NCBI GenBank assembly: GCA_018055005.1
Contig: JAGPIM010000001.1
Coordinates: 1 to 46,753 of the forward strand
DNA: 46,753 nucleotides
DNA from: Laribacter sp.
GTDB taxonomy: Bacteria > Pseudomonadota > Gammaproteobacteria > Burkholderiales > Aquaspirillaceae
Reading direction: 5' to 3'
The notes beneath the pieces are model-generated. The model was not told the DNA's origin and made no database searches. It worked only from the letters and a program-made list of their open reading frames with translations. The position numbers were made by a program, and so were the translations under genes. Shown here piece after piece: positions 10,838-22,070 of this stretch (positions within the stretch are counted from its first letter, which is position 1; each line of letters starts with the position of its first letter).

Positions 10838-12352
10838 CTACGAAGTGGATGGATGCGGCGTTGTCGGACGCGTCAGCGGGGCACTGTAGGCCTCGGCCTC
10901 GGCAGGCGTGATCTCCTCCCATTCCGGGCGGCGCCAGCGGTAAAACAGGAACGGCGGCAATGCGGCCAGAACCAGCCCGCCGGCCAGCAGGCCAAAGTAG
11001 GCTAGTCCAGACAGCGGCATGGATTCCGCACGCGGCGGCACGAAACCGATGGCAAACGCAGCCAGCGACGACAGCATGCCGATGACCGACAGCGCATGCA
11101 GGCAAGGCGCCCGGTAGCCGCGTGGCAGGTCCGGTTGCAGCCGGCGCAGACGGATCGCTGCCACGAACATCATGACGTAGAGCACCAGATAGATCTGTGC
11201 CGACAGGGTGCTGAGCATCCAGAAAGCTGCCGACACGTCCGGAATGAAAAAGTAGAGTGACGCCAGCGCTGTCACCATGCCGGCCTGCGCCAGCAGCACA
11301 TGCCGCGGCATCCCGGCCGGATTGGTGACCTGCCACCAGCGCGGCAAAAGACCTGCCTTGCCGACAAACAGCATTTCCTCGGCCGGGCCGGCCGACCAGA
11401 TCAGCACGCCGCCCAGTGCACCAAACACCAGCAGCAGTGCCATGACGTCAATGGCCGCATCCCAGCCGAAAGCATGAAAGAACTGGCTGTACGCCTGCAT
11501 GACCCCGGCTGTCAGGCTGGTGGCATCTGCCGGCACCACCACGGCGATGGCCAGCGTGGGCGGAATGAAGATCAGCAGGATCAGCCCGATGGCCAGTCCG
11601 ATGGCACGCGGCATGTCGCGCTGCGGGTTGGGCAGGTTCGAGGCATAAAGGGCATTCATCTCGATGCCGGAATAGGCCAGAAAGTTGTTGAGGATCAGCA
11701 CGATGCCGGCGATGGCACCGGTAAAGACGTGCCAGACGCCGGGATGGGTCTTGGCATGGCCGCTGAGCGTCTGGCTACCGGAGCCGAAAATGTCCGGCAA
11801 CAGGGCCGACCAGGTCAGCGGTGCCTGTGACGGATGGCCCTGTGCCAGCCAGATGGCGCCCAGCACGACCAGCACCAGCGCCGGAAACAGCGTGCCGGCC
11901 AGCATGAACAGTGAGGACAGGCGCGCCAGTTGCTTGACCCCCCGCAATGCCACCAGCGTAACCAGCCAGTAGAGTCCGATGATGACAATGCCCGTATAAA
12001 CCCCGTTACCCGCCAGTGCCGGATTGATGACGAATGCCAGCGAATCGGCAGCAAATGCCAGAATGATCGGCAGCAGCGTGCAGACCTGGATCCAGCCGAA
12101 CCAGCTGGCAAAAATGCCGAACGGTTCACCGAATGCCTGCCGGCACCAGCCGTACACGCCACCGCTCCAGGTTGTCCCCAGTTCGGTGGTGACCAGCGCT
12201 GCCGGCAGGAAAAACAGCAGCGCCGGCAACAGGTAAAGCATGACGGCACCCAGTCCGTAGAGTGCCATGCCCGGCAGGGCACGGATGCTGGCCACGGCTG
12301 CCACCGTCATCAGCGCGAGCAGAATCCACGACATGCTGCGAGCTTGCGCCAC
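10838..12352 (-). CDS. APC family amino acid permease (GadC-like antiporter)
   Basis: GTG start 12352 after AAGGAG; LFFLPAALVTTEL, GGVYGW..AFG, FLAYSGIE and LRRLQPDLPRGYRAP motifs resemble GadC-type permeases. Confidence 0.88.
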   Translation of the reverse strand: MAQARSMSWILLALMTVAAVASIRALPGMALYGLGAVMLYLLPALLFFLPAALVTTELGTTWSGGVYGWCRQAFGEPFGIFASWFGWIQVCTLLPIILAFAADSLAFVINPALAGNGVYTGIVIIGLYWLVTLVALRGVKQLARLSSLFMLAGTLFPALVLVVLGAIWLAQGHPSQAPLTWSALLPDIFGSGSQTLSGHAKTHPGVWHVFTGAIAGIVLILNNFLAYSGIEMNALYASNLPNPQRDMPRAIGLAIGLILLIFIPPTLAIAVVVPADATSLTAGVMQAYSQFFHAFGWDAAIDVMALLLVFGALGGVLIWSAGPAEEMLFVGKAGLLPRWWQVTNPAGMPRHVLLAQAGMVTALASLYFFIPDVSAAFWMLSTLSAQIYLVLYVMMFVAAIRLRRLQPDLPRGYRAPCLHALSVIGMLSSLAAFAIGFVPPRAESMPLSGLAYFGLLAGGLVLAALPPFLFYRWRRPEWEEITPAEAEAYSAPLTRPTTPHPSTS

Positions 12353-12556
12353 AACGACTCCTTGAAATTGGATGAAGCGAAAAACGACGGGTAATTCACA
12401 TACCCCATTCAAAGGCTGTAGCCCCGCGATACCGGGCTGTCAACGTCGGAGGCCGCAGACGGCAACCGCGGGCGGAGCCTGTCTGCCCTGCTTGGCAGGC
12501 ATGGCGGGCAGGACATATCCTTTCTGCATCAATCCTTCTTTCAAAGCCGGCCTGCG

Positions 12557-13615
12557 ATGAATCTGTGGCGCTACCTTGCCAAACGCCTGCTGCTGATGGT
12601 GCCTACGTTGCTGGGCATCCTGCTGGTCACGTTCGTGGTGATCCAGTTTGTTCCCGGCGGGCCGGTGGAGCAGCTGGCGCAGGAATTGCGCCAGTCCGGC
12701 GGACAGGGCGAAACCGTGCAGGCCGCACATGGCCTGTACCGTGCCTCGGGCGGACTCAATGACGAGCGGCTGGCCGAACTGCGTACGCTGTACGGGTTTG
12801 ACCAGCCCGCCTGGAAGCGCTTTGCCGACATGCTCCGGCGCTATGCCACTTTTGACCTGGGGCAAAGCTTCTATCACCACCAGTCGGTATGGGGGCTGGT
12901 AGTGTCCAAACTGCCGGTGTCAATGAGCCTCGGTCTCTGGACTTTTTTCCTGACCTACCTGATTTCCGTGCCACTGGGCATCCGCAAGGCCGTGCGTGAC
13001 GGTTCGGCTTTCGACGTGGCCAGCAGTACGCTGCTGCTGGTTGGTTATGCGATTCCCGGTTTCGTGCTCGGGGTGGTGTTGCTGGTGCTGTTCGGCGGCG
13101 GCAGCTTTTTCGAGCTTTTTCCGTTGCGGGGGCTGGTCAGCGACAATTGGGCCGAGCTGTCGTGGCCGGCACGCATCCTTGACTACCTCTGGCACATGGT
13201 GCTGCCGATTACGGCCTCGGTGGTCGGCAGCCTCGCCATCACCACCTTGCTGACCAAGAACACCTTTCTGGAACAGATCCGTGCCCAGTACGTGCTGACG
13301 GCCCGTGCCAAAGGCGTGGGCGAAACACGCATCCTGTACCGGCACGTATTCCGCAACGCGATGATCCCGCTGGTTACCGGCTTTCCGGCTGCCTTCATCG
13401 GCGCCTTCTTTGCCGGCAGCCTGCTGATCGAAACGCTGTTTTCACTGGACGGGCTGGGTCTCTTGGCATTCGATGCCGTGGTCAAGCGTGACTATCCGGT
13501 GGTGATGGGCACGCTGTACCTGTTCACCCTGATCGGCCTGCTGGCCCGGCTGGCTTCCGATCTTTGCTATGTCTGGGTCGATCCGCGCCTGCGGTTTGAC
13601 GCAGTTGGCCACTGA
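12557..13615 (+). CDS. yejB: Microcin C / peptide ABC transporter permease YejB
   Basis: RYLAKRLLLMVPTLLGI, QFVPGGPVEQ, YGFDQP and ARAKG (EAA loop), IETLFSLDGLGLL, VDPRL. Confidence 0.92.
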   Translation: MNLWRYLAKRLLLMVPTLLGILLVTFVVIQFVPGGPVEQLAQELRQSGGQGETVQAAHGLYRASGGLNDERLAELRTLYGFDQPAWKRFADMLRRYATFDLGQSFYHHQSVWGLVVSKLPVSMSLGLWTFFLTYLISVPLGIRKAVRDGSAFDVASSTLLLVGYAIPGFVLGVVLLVLFGGGSFFELFPLRGLVSDNWAELSWPARILDYLWHMVLPITASVVGSLAITTLLTKNTFLEQIRAQYVLTARAKGVGETRILYRHVFRNAMIPLVTGFPAAFIGAFFAGSLLIETLFSLDGLGLLAFDAVVKRDYPVVMGTLYLFTLIGLLARLASDLCYVWVDPRLRFDAVGH

Positions 13616-13624
13616 AAGCCCTGC

Positions 13625-14677
13625 ATGAGCCTGACGCTTGACTCCCTGCTGGAACACGCCCTGCGTAACGAAAACCTGCACCGCCGCTATCAGGCGCTCG
13701 AGCTGTCACTGATCGGCGCACCGGATTTCGCCGGGTTTCTGGCCGTGCTGCGCGACGAATTGCCGGCAGTGCTGGCTCCGCGCGAAACCCTGCTGGTGGT
13801 GGCTGATCCCGATGGCGACATCGCCACCATTCTGGGGCTGGACGAGACGCTGCCGCCCGGACTGGTCCTGCTGCGCGATGCCGGCGCACTGGAACAGGTG
13901 TTTCCTGCCGGATGCCGCGATCCGCTCCTGGGGCGGATCGGCCATGAAGTGCAGATCGGCCTGCCGTGGCAGGGACCGGTGCTGAGTGCCGCCGTGCTGC
14001 CGCTGGTACGCCAGAACAGCTTGCTGGGCCTCTTGGCCATCGGCTGCCACGATGCAGCCCACTATGAACCGGGGCAGGGGACGGATTTCCTCGAGCGGTT
14101 TGCCGCCATCGTGACCCTGTGCCTTGAAAACGTGCTGAACCGCGAACGGCTGAAATGGCTGGGGCTGACCGATCCGCTGACCGGTCTCTACAACCGCCGG
14201 TATTTCGAGCAGCGCTTGCAGGAAGAAGCGCAGCGTACCCGGCGTCATGGCGACCCGCTGGCCTGCCTGATGCTGGATGCCGACCACTTCAAGCGCATCA
14301 ACGATACCTGGGGCCACCAGGCCGGTGACGTGGTGCTCAAGGTGCTGGCCGGCCGGGTGCGCCAGCAGCTGCGGGGCTGCGACGTGGCGGCCCGCATCGG
14401 TGGCGAAGAGTTTGCCGTGTTGCTGCCGGCCACACCCGTACGTCACGTGCAGCTGGTGGCCGAGCGCATCCGGCTTGCGATTGCCTGCGAGCCGGTTCAT
14501 GTTTCGCCTGAATGCGTATTGCAGGTCAGCGTGTCCCTGGGAGCGGCCATGCTGGCCCCGGGGGCTGCCGATGCCTCACCCGAACACCTGATGGCCCGGG
14601 CCGACGCGGCGCTGTACCAGGCCAAACGCAACGGGCGCAACCGCACCATGCTGGCGGCCGCCGGGGTGCCCGCATGA
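13625..14677 (+). CDS. Diguanylate cyclase with N-terminal DUF484/GAF-like domain
   Basis: TDPLTGLYNRR, DADHFKRINDTWGHQAGD, RGCD I-site, GGEEF, ALYQAKRNGRNR; N-terminal ...LAIGCHDAAHYEPGQGTDFLE resembles DUF484. Confidence 0.92.
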   Translation: MSLTLDSLLEHALRNENLHRRYQALELSLIGAPDFAGFLAVLRDELPAVLAPRETLLVVADPDGDIATILGLDETLPPGLVLLRDAGALEQVFPAGCRDPLLGRIGHEVQIGLPWQGPVLSAAVLPLVRQNSLLGLLAIGCHDAAHYEPGQGTDFLERFAAIVTLCLENVLNRERLKWLGLTDPLTGLYNRRYFEQRLQEEAQRTRRHGDPLACLMLDADHFKRINDTWGHQAGDVVLKVLAGRVRQQLRGCDVAARIGGEEFAVLLPATPVRHVQLVAERIRLAIACEPVHVSPECVLQVSVSLGAAMLAPGAADASPEHLMARADAALYQAKRNGRNRTMLAAAGVPA

Positions 14678-15717
14678 GCGCGGTGGCGGCCTACCAGTCG
14701 CCGCGCGTGCGGGCATGGCAGCGTTTCCGGGCCCACCGGCGCGGTTGGTGGAGCCTGTGGCTGTTTGGCTGCCTGTTTGCTGTCAGCCTGTTCGCCGAGG
14801 TCCTGAGCAACGACCGCCCGTTGCTGGTGCACTATCAGGGCGACTGGTATTTCCCGCTGCTGGTGGATTATCCGGAAACCACGTTCGGCGGCGACTTTGC
14901 CACGCCGGCGGATTATCACGATCCCTATGTGGTGGAAAAGCTCACCCGGAGCGGCAACTTTGCCCTGTATCCGCCCAATCCGCACCGTTTTGACAGCATC
15001 AACTATTACGCTGCCGACCCGTTTCCTGCGCCACCCAGCCGCGACAACTGGCTGGGCACTGATGACCGCGGGCGCGACATTCTGGCGCGCCTCCTGTACG
15101 GCTTTCGCCTCAGCGTGCTGTTTGCTCTTGCCCTGACGGCTGTCGGCACCCTGATCGGCGTGGCCGCCGGGGCCGTGCAAGGCTATTTCGGCGGGCGGAC
15201 CGACCTGTTCCTGCAACGCTTTATCGAAATCTGGGGCTCGATGCCCGAGCTGTACCTGCTGATCATCTTTGCTTCGCTGTTCACGCCCAGCCTGTGGCTG
15301 CTGCTGGTGTTGCTGGCACTGTTCGGCTGGATGGGACTGGCTGATTACGTGCGGGCGGAATTCCTGAAAAACCGGCAGATGGAATACGTGCTGGCCGCAC
15401 GGGCGCTGGGACTGGGGCCACTGGCGATCATGTGGCGGCATGTGCTGCCCAACAGCCTGACGCCGGTGATCACCTTCCTGCCGTTCCGCATTTCCGGCGC
15501 CATCCTCGCGCTGACTTCGCTGGATTTCCTCGGGCTGGGAGTGCCGCCTGACACACCAAGCCTTGGCGAAATGCTGGCGCAGGGCAAGGACAACCTGGAC
15601 GCCTGGTGGATCGGGCTTGCCACCTTTCTGGTGCTGACCGGCACGCTGACCCTGCTGATCTTCATCGGCGAAGGTTTGCGCGAGGCGCTGGATCCGCGCA
15701 AGGAGGGACGTGCATGA
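14674..15717 (+). CDS. yejE: ABC transporter permease YejE
   Basis: [46 protein letters not shown]; ATG overlaps the upstream TGA (ATGA). Confidence 0.92.
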   Translation: MSAVAAYQSPRVRAWQRFRAHRRGWWSLWLFGCLFAVSLFAEVLSNDRPLLVHYQGDWYFPLLVDYPETTFGGDFATPADYHDPYVVEKLTRSGNFALYPPNPHRFDSINYYAADPFPAPPSRDNWLGTDDRGRDILARLLYGFRLSVLFALALTAVGTLIGVAAGAVQGYFGGRTDLFLQRFIEIWGSMPELYLLIIFASLFTPSLWLLLVLLALFGWMGLADYVRAEFLKNRQMEYVLAARALGLGPLAIMWRHVLPNSLTPVITFLPFRISGAILALTSLDFLGLGVPPDTPSLGEMLAQGKDNLDAWWIGLATFLVLTGTLTLLIFIGEGLREALDPRKEGRA

Positions 15718-17339
15718 GTGCGCTTTTGCAGATCGAGCGCCTGAGCGTGCGCTTTGGCAGCCATGAAGTCGTGCGCAACCTGAGCCTGACGCTGGCTGCC
15801 GGCGAGAAGCTGGCGCTGGTGGGAGAGTCCGGCTCGGGCAAGACGCAGGCGGCCAGTGCCCTGCTGCGGCTTTATCCCGAGGCAGTGCTGGGCGGCCGGG
15901 CCGACTGGCTGGGGCGCGATCTCTTGCAACTGCCCGAAGCCGGGCTGGCGCGGGTGCGCGGGCGCGAGATCGCCATGATCTTCCAGGAGCCGATGACGGC
16001 GCTCAATCCGCTGCACCGCATTGGCGAGCAGATCGGTGAGGCGCTGTGGCTGCACCGCAACCTGCGCGGCACGGCAGCCAGGGCCGAGGCGATTGCCCTG
16101 CTGGCGCGTACCGGTATTGCCGAAGCGGAAGAAAAGGTAGACCGCTATCCGTTCGAGCTGTCGGGCGGGCAGCGCCAGCGTGCCATGATCGCCATGGCGC
16201 TGGCGTGCAGTCCGAAACTGCTGATTGCCGACGAGCCGACCACGGCACTGGATGTCACCGTGCAGGCGCAGATCCTTGACCTGCTGTCGGACTTGCAGCG
16301 CGAGCACGGCATGGCCGTGCTGTTCATCACCCATGACCTCAACCTGGTGCGGCGCTTTGCCGACCGTGTGGCGGTCATGCGCGCGGGCGAGGTGGTGGAA
16401 AGCGGGCCGGTGGCCGAAGTGTTCGCCCGGCCGCAGCACGACTACACCCGTGCGCTGCTGGCCAGCCGGCCACAACCCTTGCCGCCACTGGCGGAGGGTG
16501 GTGCGCCGCCGCTCCTGACCGCACGCAACCTGAGCGTGACCTTCCGCCGGCGGCAGGGCTGGTTCGGCCATCACGATACCCGGGCCGTGCGTGACGTCAG
16601 TGCGCGCCTGCTGCCGGGTCGTACCCTCGGGCTGGTCGGCGAATCCGGCTCGGGCAAGACCACGTTCGGACTGGCCCTGCTGCGTCTGCTGGCCGGAACC
16701 GGTGAAGTGGTGTTTGGCGGGCACAACCTGCTGACTTTGCCCGAGCGGGCCATGCGGCCTTTGCGGCGCGATTTGCAGGTGGTGTTCCAGGACCCTTATT
16801 CATCGCTGTCACCCCGTCTGACGGTGGAAGAAATCGTCGGTGAAGGATTGCGCCTGCACCGGCCTGAACTGGATGTTGCCGTCCGGCGTGAGCGGGTGAT
16901 CGCCATGCTGGCCGAGGTCGGGCTGGACGCCAGTGCCTTGCCTCGCTATCCGCATGCGTTTTCCGGCGGACAGCGGCAGCGTATCGCCATTGCCCGGGCA
17001 CTGGTGCTGGAGCCCAAGGTGCTGCTGCTGGACGAGCCGACCAGTGCACTGGACGTGTCGATCCAGAAACAGGTACTGGACCTGCTGTTGCGGCTACAGG
17101 CCAAGTACGGACTGGCATACCTGTTCATCTCGCACGATCTGGCGGTGATCCGTGCCATTGCCCACGAAGTGCTGGTGCTGCGCAACGGCCGGATGGTGGA
17201 GCAGGGGCCGACCGAGGCGCTGTTTGCCAGTCCGCAGGCCGACTACACCCGCAGGCTGCTGGCAGCGGCCCTTGGCCACGAACCGGAGGCACTGACGGCC
17301 ATGACTCCGGACAGCAACGGGCAATCCGCCGTGGCCTGA
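15714..17339 (+). CDS. yejF: Dual-domain ABC ATPase YejF
   Basis: Two GESGSGKT Walker A motifs, [20 protein letters not shown] and FSGGQRQR; ATGA overlap with yejE. Confidence 0.9.
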   Translation: MSALLQIERLSVRFGSHEVVRNLSLTLAAGEKLALVGESGSGKTQAASALLRLYPEAVLGGRADWLGRDLLQLPEAGLARVRGREIAMIFQEPMTALNPLHRIGEQIGEALWLHRNLRGTAARAEAIALLARTGIAEAEEKVDRYPFELSGGQRQRAMIAMALACSPKLLIADEPTTALDVTVQAQILDLLSDLQREHGMAVLFITHDLNLVRRFADRVAVMRAGEVVESGPVAEVFARPQHDYTRALLASRPQPLPPLAEGGAPPLLTARNLSVTFRRRQGWFGHHDTRAVRDVSARLLPGRTLGLVGESGSGKTTFGLALLRLLAGTGEVVFGGHNLLTLPERAMRPLRRDLQVVFQDPYSSLSPRLTVEEIVGEGLRLHRPELDVAVRRERVIAMLAEVGLDASALPRYPHAFSGGQRQRIAIARALVLEPKVLLLDEPTSALDVSIQKQVLDLLLRLQAKYGLAYLFISHDLAVIRAIAHEVLVLRNGRMVEQGPTEALFASPQADYTRRLLAAALGHEPEALTAMTPDSNGQSAVA

Positions 17340-17460
17340 GTGCGGGTTGCCGGCGCGATACCGGCAAGTGCGATGAAACCACTGACCAGTATCGCGCCGT
17401 CGCCGTTTTCTGCTGCCACGCCGGAGTGCCCTTGGTTCATGAAGTGCAACCGGCTCGCGG

Positions 17461-18804
17461 TCAGACCGGCAGCTCGCCCTGCTGTGGCGGACGGTCGATA
17501 CGGGCGCCGGTGTTGCCCAGTGCCAGCCGCAGGGTGACGTGTTCGTTTTGCGCCAGTGCTGCCGGGTCCAGCACGGCTTGTCCCCGGGCGTTTTCGACAA
17601 TGGCGTAGCCACGGGCGAGTACGGCTTGCGGGTCGAGGGCATCAAGCCGGGCAGACAGGGCGGCCAGCCGGTGATGCTGGCGTTCCAGTTGCGTGCTGAT
17701 GGCACGGGCAAGTTGCTGGCGACTGTTGGCCAGTTGGGCTTGCTGGCGTGCCTGCGCCGGGCGGGCACGCAGCAGCCGGGTTTGCAGGTGGGCGACCTGG
17801 AGACGGGCGAGCTCCTGACGGCGGGTCCAGTGCTGGTGCAACCGGTATTCGGCCTGCGCCAGCCGTTCGCGCTGGCGGGCAATCCGCTCACCAGGGTGCG
17901 TCAGTCGCAGGGCCAGCCGGTCGAGTTGCTGGCTGGCACGGTCGAGCCGGTGGTGCATGGCCCGGCCCAGCCGGAAATCCAGTTCGGCCAGCCGGGCGAG
18001 CAGGGCGTCCCGGTCCGGGCTGACCAGTTCGGCCGCCGCCGTCGGTGTCGGGGCGCGTACGTCGGCAGCAAAGTCGGCAATGGTGAAATCGGTTTCGTGT
18101 CCTACACCGCTGATGACCGGCAGGCGGCATGCGCGGATGGCACGGGCAACCTGCTCGTCGTTGAACGCCCACAAATCTTCGATACTGCCGCCCCCGCGGC
18201 AGACAATCAGGACATCGGCATCCTGCCGGCGGCTGGCTGCGCCGATGGCTGCCACGATCTGGGCCGGAGCGGTGTCTCCCTGTACCTGGGTGGGATAGAG
18301 CACGACGGGAATCTGCGGTGCCCGGCGGCGCAGGGTGGTCAGTACGTCACGCAGGGCTGCGGCCTGGGGGGAGGTGACGATGCCGATGACCTTCGGGTGA
18401 GCCGGCAACGGACGCTTGAGCTGATTGTCGAACAGTCCTTCGGCGGCCAGCCGGTTTTTCAGGGCTTCGAATGCTGCGTACAGGGCGCCAAGACCGGCTT
18501 CCTGCATCTGGCTGACATTGATCTGGTAGTCACCGCGTGCTTCGTAGAGTGATACGGTGCCGCGCACTTCGACCCGCAGGCCTTCTTTTGGACGAAAACC
18601 CAGCTGGGACAGGCGGTTGCGGAACATGACGGCACGGATCTGGGCACGCTCGTCCTTGAGGGAAAAGTAGGCATGGCCAGAAGCTGCGAGGGTCAGGTTG
18701 GATATTTCTCCACTGATCCAGACCGGTGGAATGGCAGTTTCCAGTAATTCACGTGCAATACGGTTCAGTTCGCTAACACTTATGACATTGTTTTTAACGG
18801 TCAT
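17461..18804 (-). CDS. xseA: Exodeoxyribonuclease VII large subunit
   Basis: SVSELN, GEISN...SGHAYFSLKD, RGGGSIEDLWAFN, SGVGHETD, APTPTAAAE; start ATG 18804. Confidence 0.96.
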   Translation of the reverse strand: MTVKNNVISVSELNRIARELLETAIPPVWISGEISNLTLAASGHAYFSLKDERAQIRAVMFRNRLSQLGFRPKEGLRVEVRGTVSLYEARGDYQINVSQMQEAGLGALYAAFEALKNRLAAEGLFDNQLKRPLPAHPKVIGIVTSPQAAALRDVLTTLRRRAPQIPVVLYPTQVQGDTAPAQIVAAIGAASRRQDADVLIVCRGGGSIEDLWAFNDEQVARAIRACRLPVISGVGHETDFTIADFAADVRAPTPTAAAELVSPDRDALLARLAELDFRLGRAMHHRLDRASQQLDRLALRLTHPGERIARQRERLAQAEYRLHQHWTRRQELARLQVAHLQTRLLRARPAQARQQAQLANSRQQLARAISTQLERQHHRLAALSARLDALDPQAVLARGYAIVENARGQAVLDPAALAQNEHVTLRLALGNTGARIDRPPQQGELPV

Positions 18805-19010
18805 GGCGGAACGGTTTTCCTGATGTTTGTCAAGCCATCCACAGATTTGTCTTGCTGGCGTGGAGGAGAATGTTGCGGTGTCGTGACGTGACAAAGAACC
18901 GCTTGATAATTGCAAGTTGTTGATTTTTTTGATTTAAAAAATTTTGCCTACAAAACAGGCAACCCAGCAAAACCCTCGTCTGTCGGGGATTTGGCCGGAG
19001 TAGGCGACTT

Positions 19011-19045
19011 TTCCCCACAGGGTTATCCACAGGATTTGTGGATGA
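19011..19045. promoter_or_regulatory. DnaA-box cluster
   Basis: TTCCCCACA (19011-19019), perfect TTATCCACA (19023-19031) and inverted TGTGGATGA (19037-19045); a further CCATCCACA at 18835-18843. Confidence 0.6.
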
Positions 19046-19225
19046 CCGGAAAAAAGCCTTGCCGGATAAGCGTTTGCCGGTTTTTGTACCGGCCAGCGTT
19101 CCGGGCCTGCTTGGCTGCTCCGGAACCGCTCGCGTAAAGTGTAGCGTTTGCCCGTTGCCGGAGTCATGCCCCGTGTTGTTTTCCCTGCTGTGTCCTGCGC
19201 GATGGTCGCATGAAGAGGATTGGCA

Positions 19226-20251
19226 ATGAGCCTGGCCCGTCTGGTCGAATCGCACTGGTATGCGCCGCGCCGCTGGCTCCTGTGCCTGCTGGCGCCGCTG
19301 TCAGGGCTTTTTGTCGCCCTGTCGGCACTGCGGCGCCTGCTGTATCGCACGGGGGTGCTGCGGGTCGGCCACGTGCCGGTGCCGGTCGTGGTGGTCGGCA
19401 ACATCAATGTAGGTGGTGTCGGCAAGACGCCGCTGACCCGTTATCTGGTCAGCGAGCTGCAGGTGCGGGGCTGGCAGGTGGGGCTGATCAGTCGCGGGTA
19501 TGGTGGCCGGCACCGCCAGCCGACGCCTGTATTGCCTGACAGTGACCCGGCAGAGGTCGGGGACGAGCCGCTGCTGCTGGTCCGGGCGGGGTGCCCGCTG
19601 TGGGTGGGACGGGACCGGGTAGCAACGGCGCAGGCCTTGCTGGCAGCGCATCCGGAGGTGGATGTCATCCTGTCGGATGACGGCTTGCAGCATTACCGGC
19701 TGGGGCGCGATGTTGAAATCGCCGTACTGGACGCAGCGCGCGGACTGGGCAATGGCTGGCGCTTGCCTGCCGGTCCCTTGCGGGAGAGTGCCCGCCGGCT
19801 GGCTTCGGTCAATGCGGTGGTGCTGAACGGGGAGGGCCGCTTGCCGGCCGGTCTGCCGGATCATGTTCCCGCTTTCCGGATGCGTTTGCAGCCCGGTGCG
19901 TTCTGGCGGGTCAGTGCGCCGGCGGAATGGCGGACTGCGGAAGAATTCAGGCAGCTGGACTGCGTGGCACTGGCCGGCATCGGGCATCCCGAGCGGTTTT
20001 TTGACACGGTGCGCCAGCTTGGCATTCCGCTGCGGCAAACACTGGCTTTTCCGGATCATCATGCCTTTGTGCCGGCCGATGTGCCTGCGGCCGGGGCGGT
20101 TCTGGTGACCGAGAAGGATGCGGTGAAACTTGTCGCCTGCAACAATGTTACACTCTGGGCTTTGCCAGTGTCGGCGGGACTTGAGCCCGATTTGGCCGCC
20201 TGGCTGGTGCATACGCTCGAAGGACTTCCGCATGGACGCCAAGCTGCTTGA
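19226..20251 (+). CDS. lpxK: Tetraacyldisaccharide 4'-kinase
   Basis: [51 protein letters not shown]. Confidence 0.96.
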   Translation: MSLARLVESHWYAPRRWLLCLLAPLSGLFVALSALRRLLYRTGVLRVGHVPVPVVVVGNINVGGVGKTPLTRYLVSELQVRGWQVGLISRGYGGRHRQPTPVLPDSDPAEVGDEPLLLVRAGCPLWVGRDRVATAQALLAAHPEVDVILSDDGLQHYRLGRDVEIAVLDAARGLGNGWRLPAGPLRESARRLASVNAVVLNGEGRLPAGLPDHVPAFRMRLQPGAFWRVSAPAEWRTAEEFRQLDCVALAGIGHPERFFDTVRQLGIPLRQTLAFPDHHAFVPADVPAAGAVLVTEKDAVKLVACNNVTLWALPVSAGLEPDLAAWLVHTLEGLPHGRQAA

Positions 20252-20410
20252 AATTCTGGTTTGCCCGATCTGCAAGGGGCCGCTGGTCTACAAAAAGGAG
20301 GCCGGCGAACTGGTCTGCAAGGGAGACCGGCTGGCTTTTCCGGTGCGTGACGACATTCCCGTCATGCTGGAGAGCGATGCCCGCGAACTGGCTGCCGACG
20401 AGGACGCGTG

Positions 20411-20411
<1 letters not shown>
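20232..20411 (+). CDS. ycaR: Trm112-family protein YcaR
   Basis: [18 protein letters not shown]...[13 protein letters not shown]; typical lpxK-ycaR-kdsB order. Confidence 0.93.
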
Positions 20412-21872
<1,461 letters not shown>

Positions 21873-22070
21873 AAATATTCCTGATGTGATGGCAGGAATC
21901 CTGTGCGGTCTATCCTGAACCGCTGACAGGCTCTTGTCGGTTACTACACAGCCCGGCCAGGCTTTGCCTGCCGGGCTGTCTGCTTTTCCTGAATGGCCGA
22001 TATGCCCTTGCGGGGCAGACCGGAGCATGTGCGTATAGACTGAAACATCACCATTTCGGTCGAGACGCAT

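Noticed and set aside
9519-11336. 605-aa version of the APC permease
   Set aside because: The N-terminal extension overlaps the upstream permease in another frame; family similarity begins at ATG 10817.
18835-19045. Chromosomal origin (oriC)
   Set aside because: Only one perfect box and no origin-associated genes nearby; kept only as a DnaA-box cluster.
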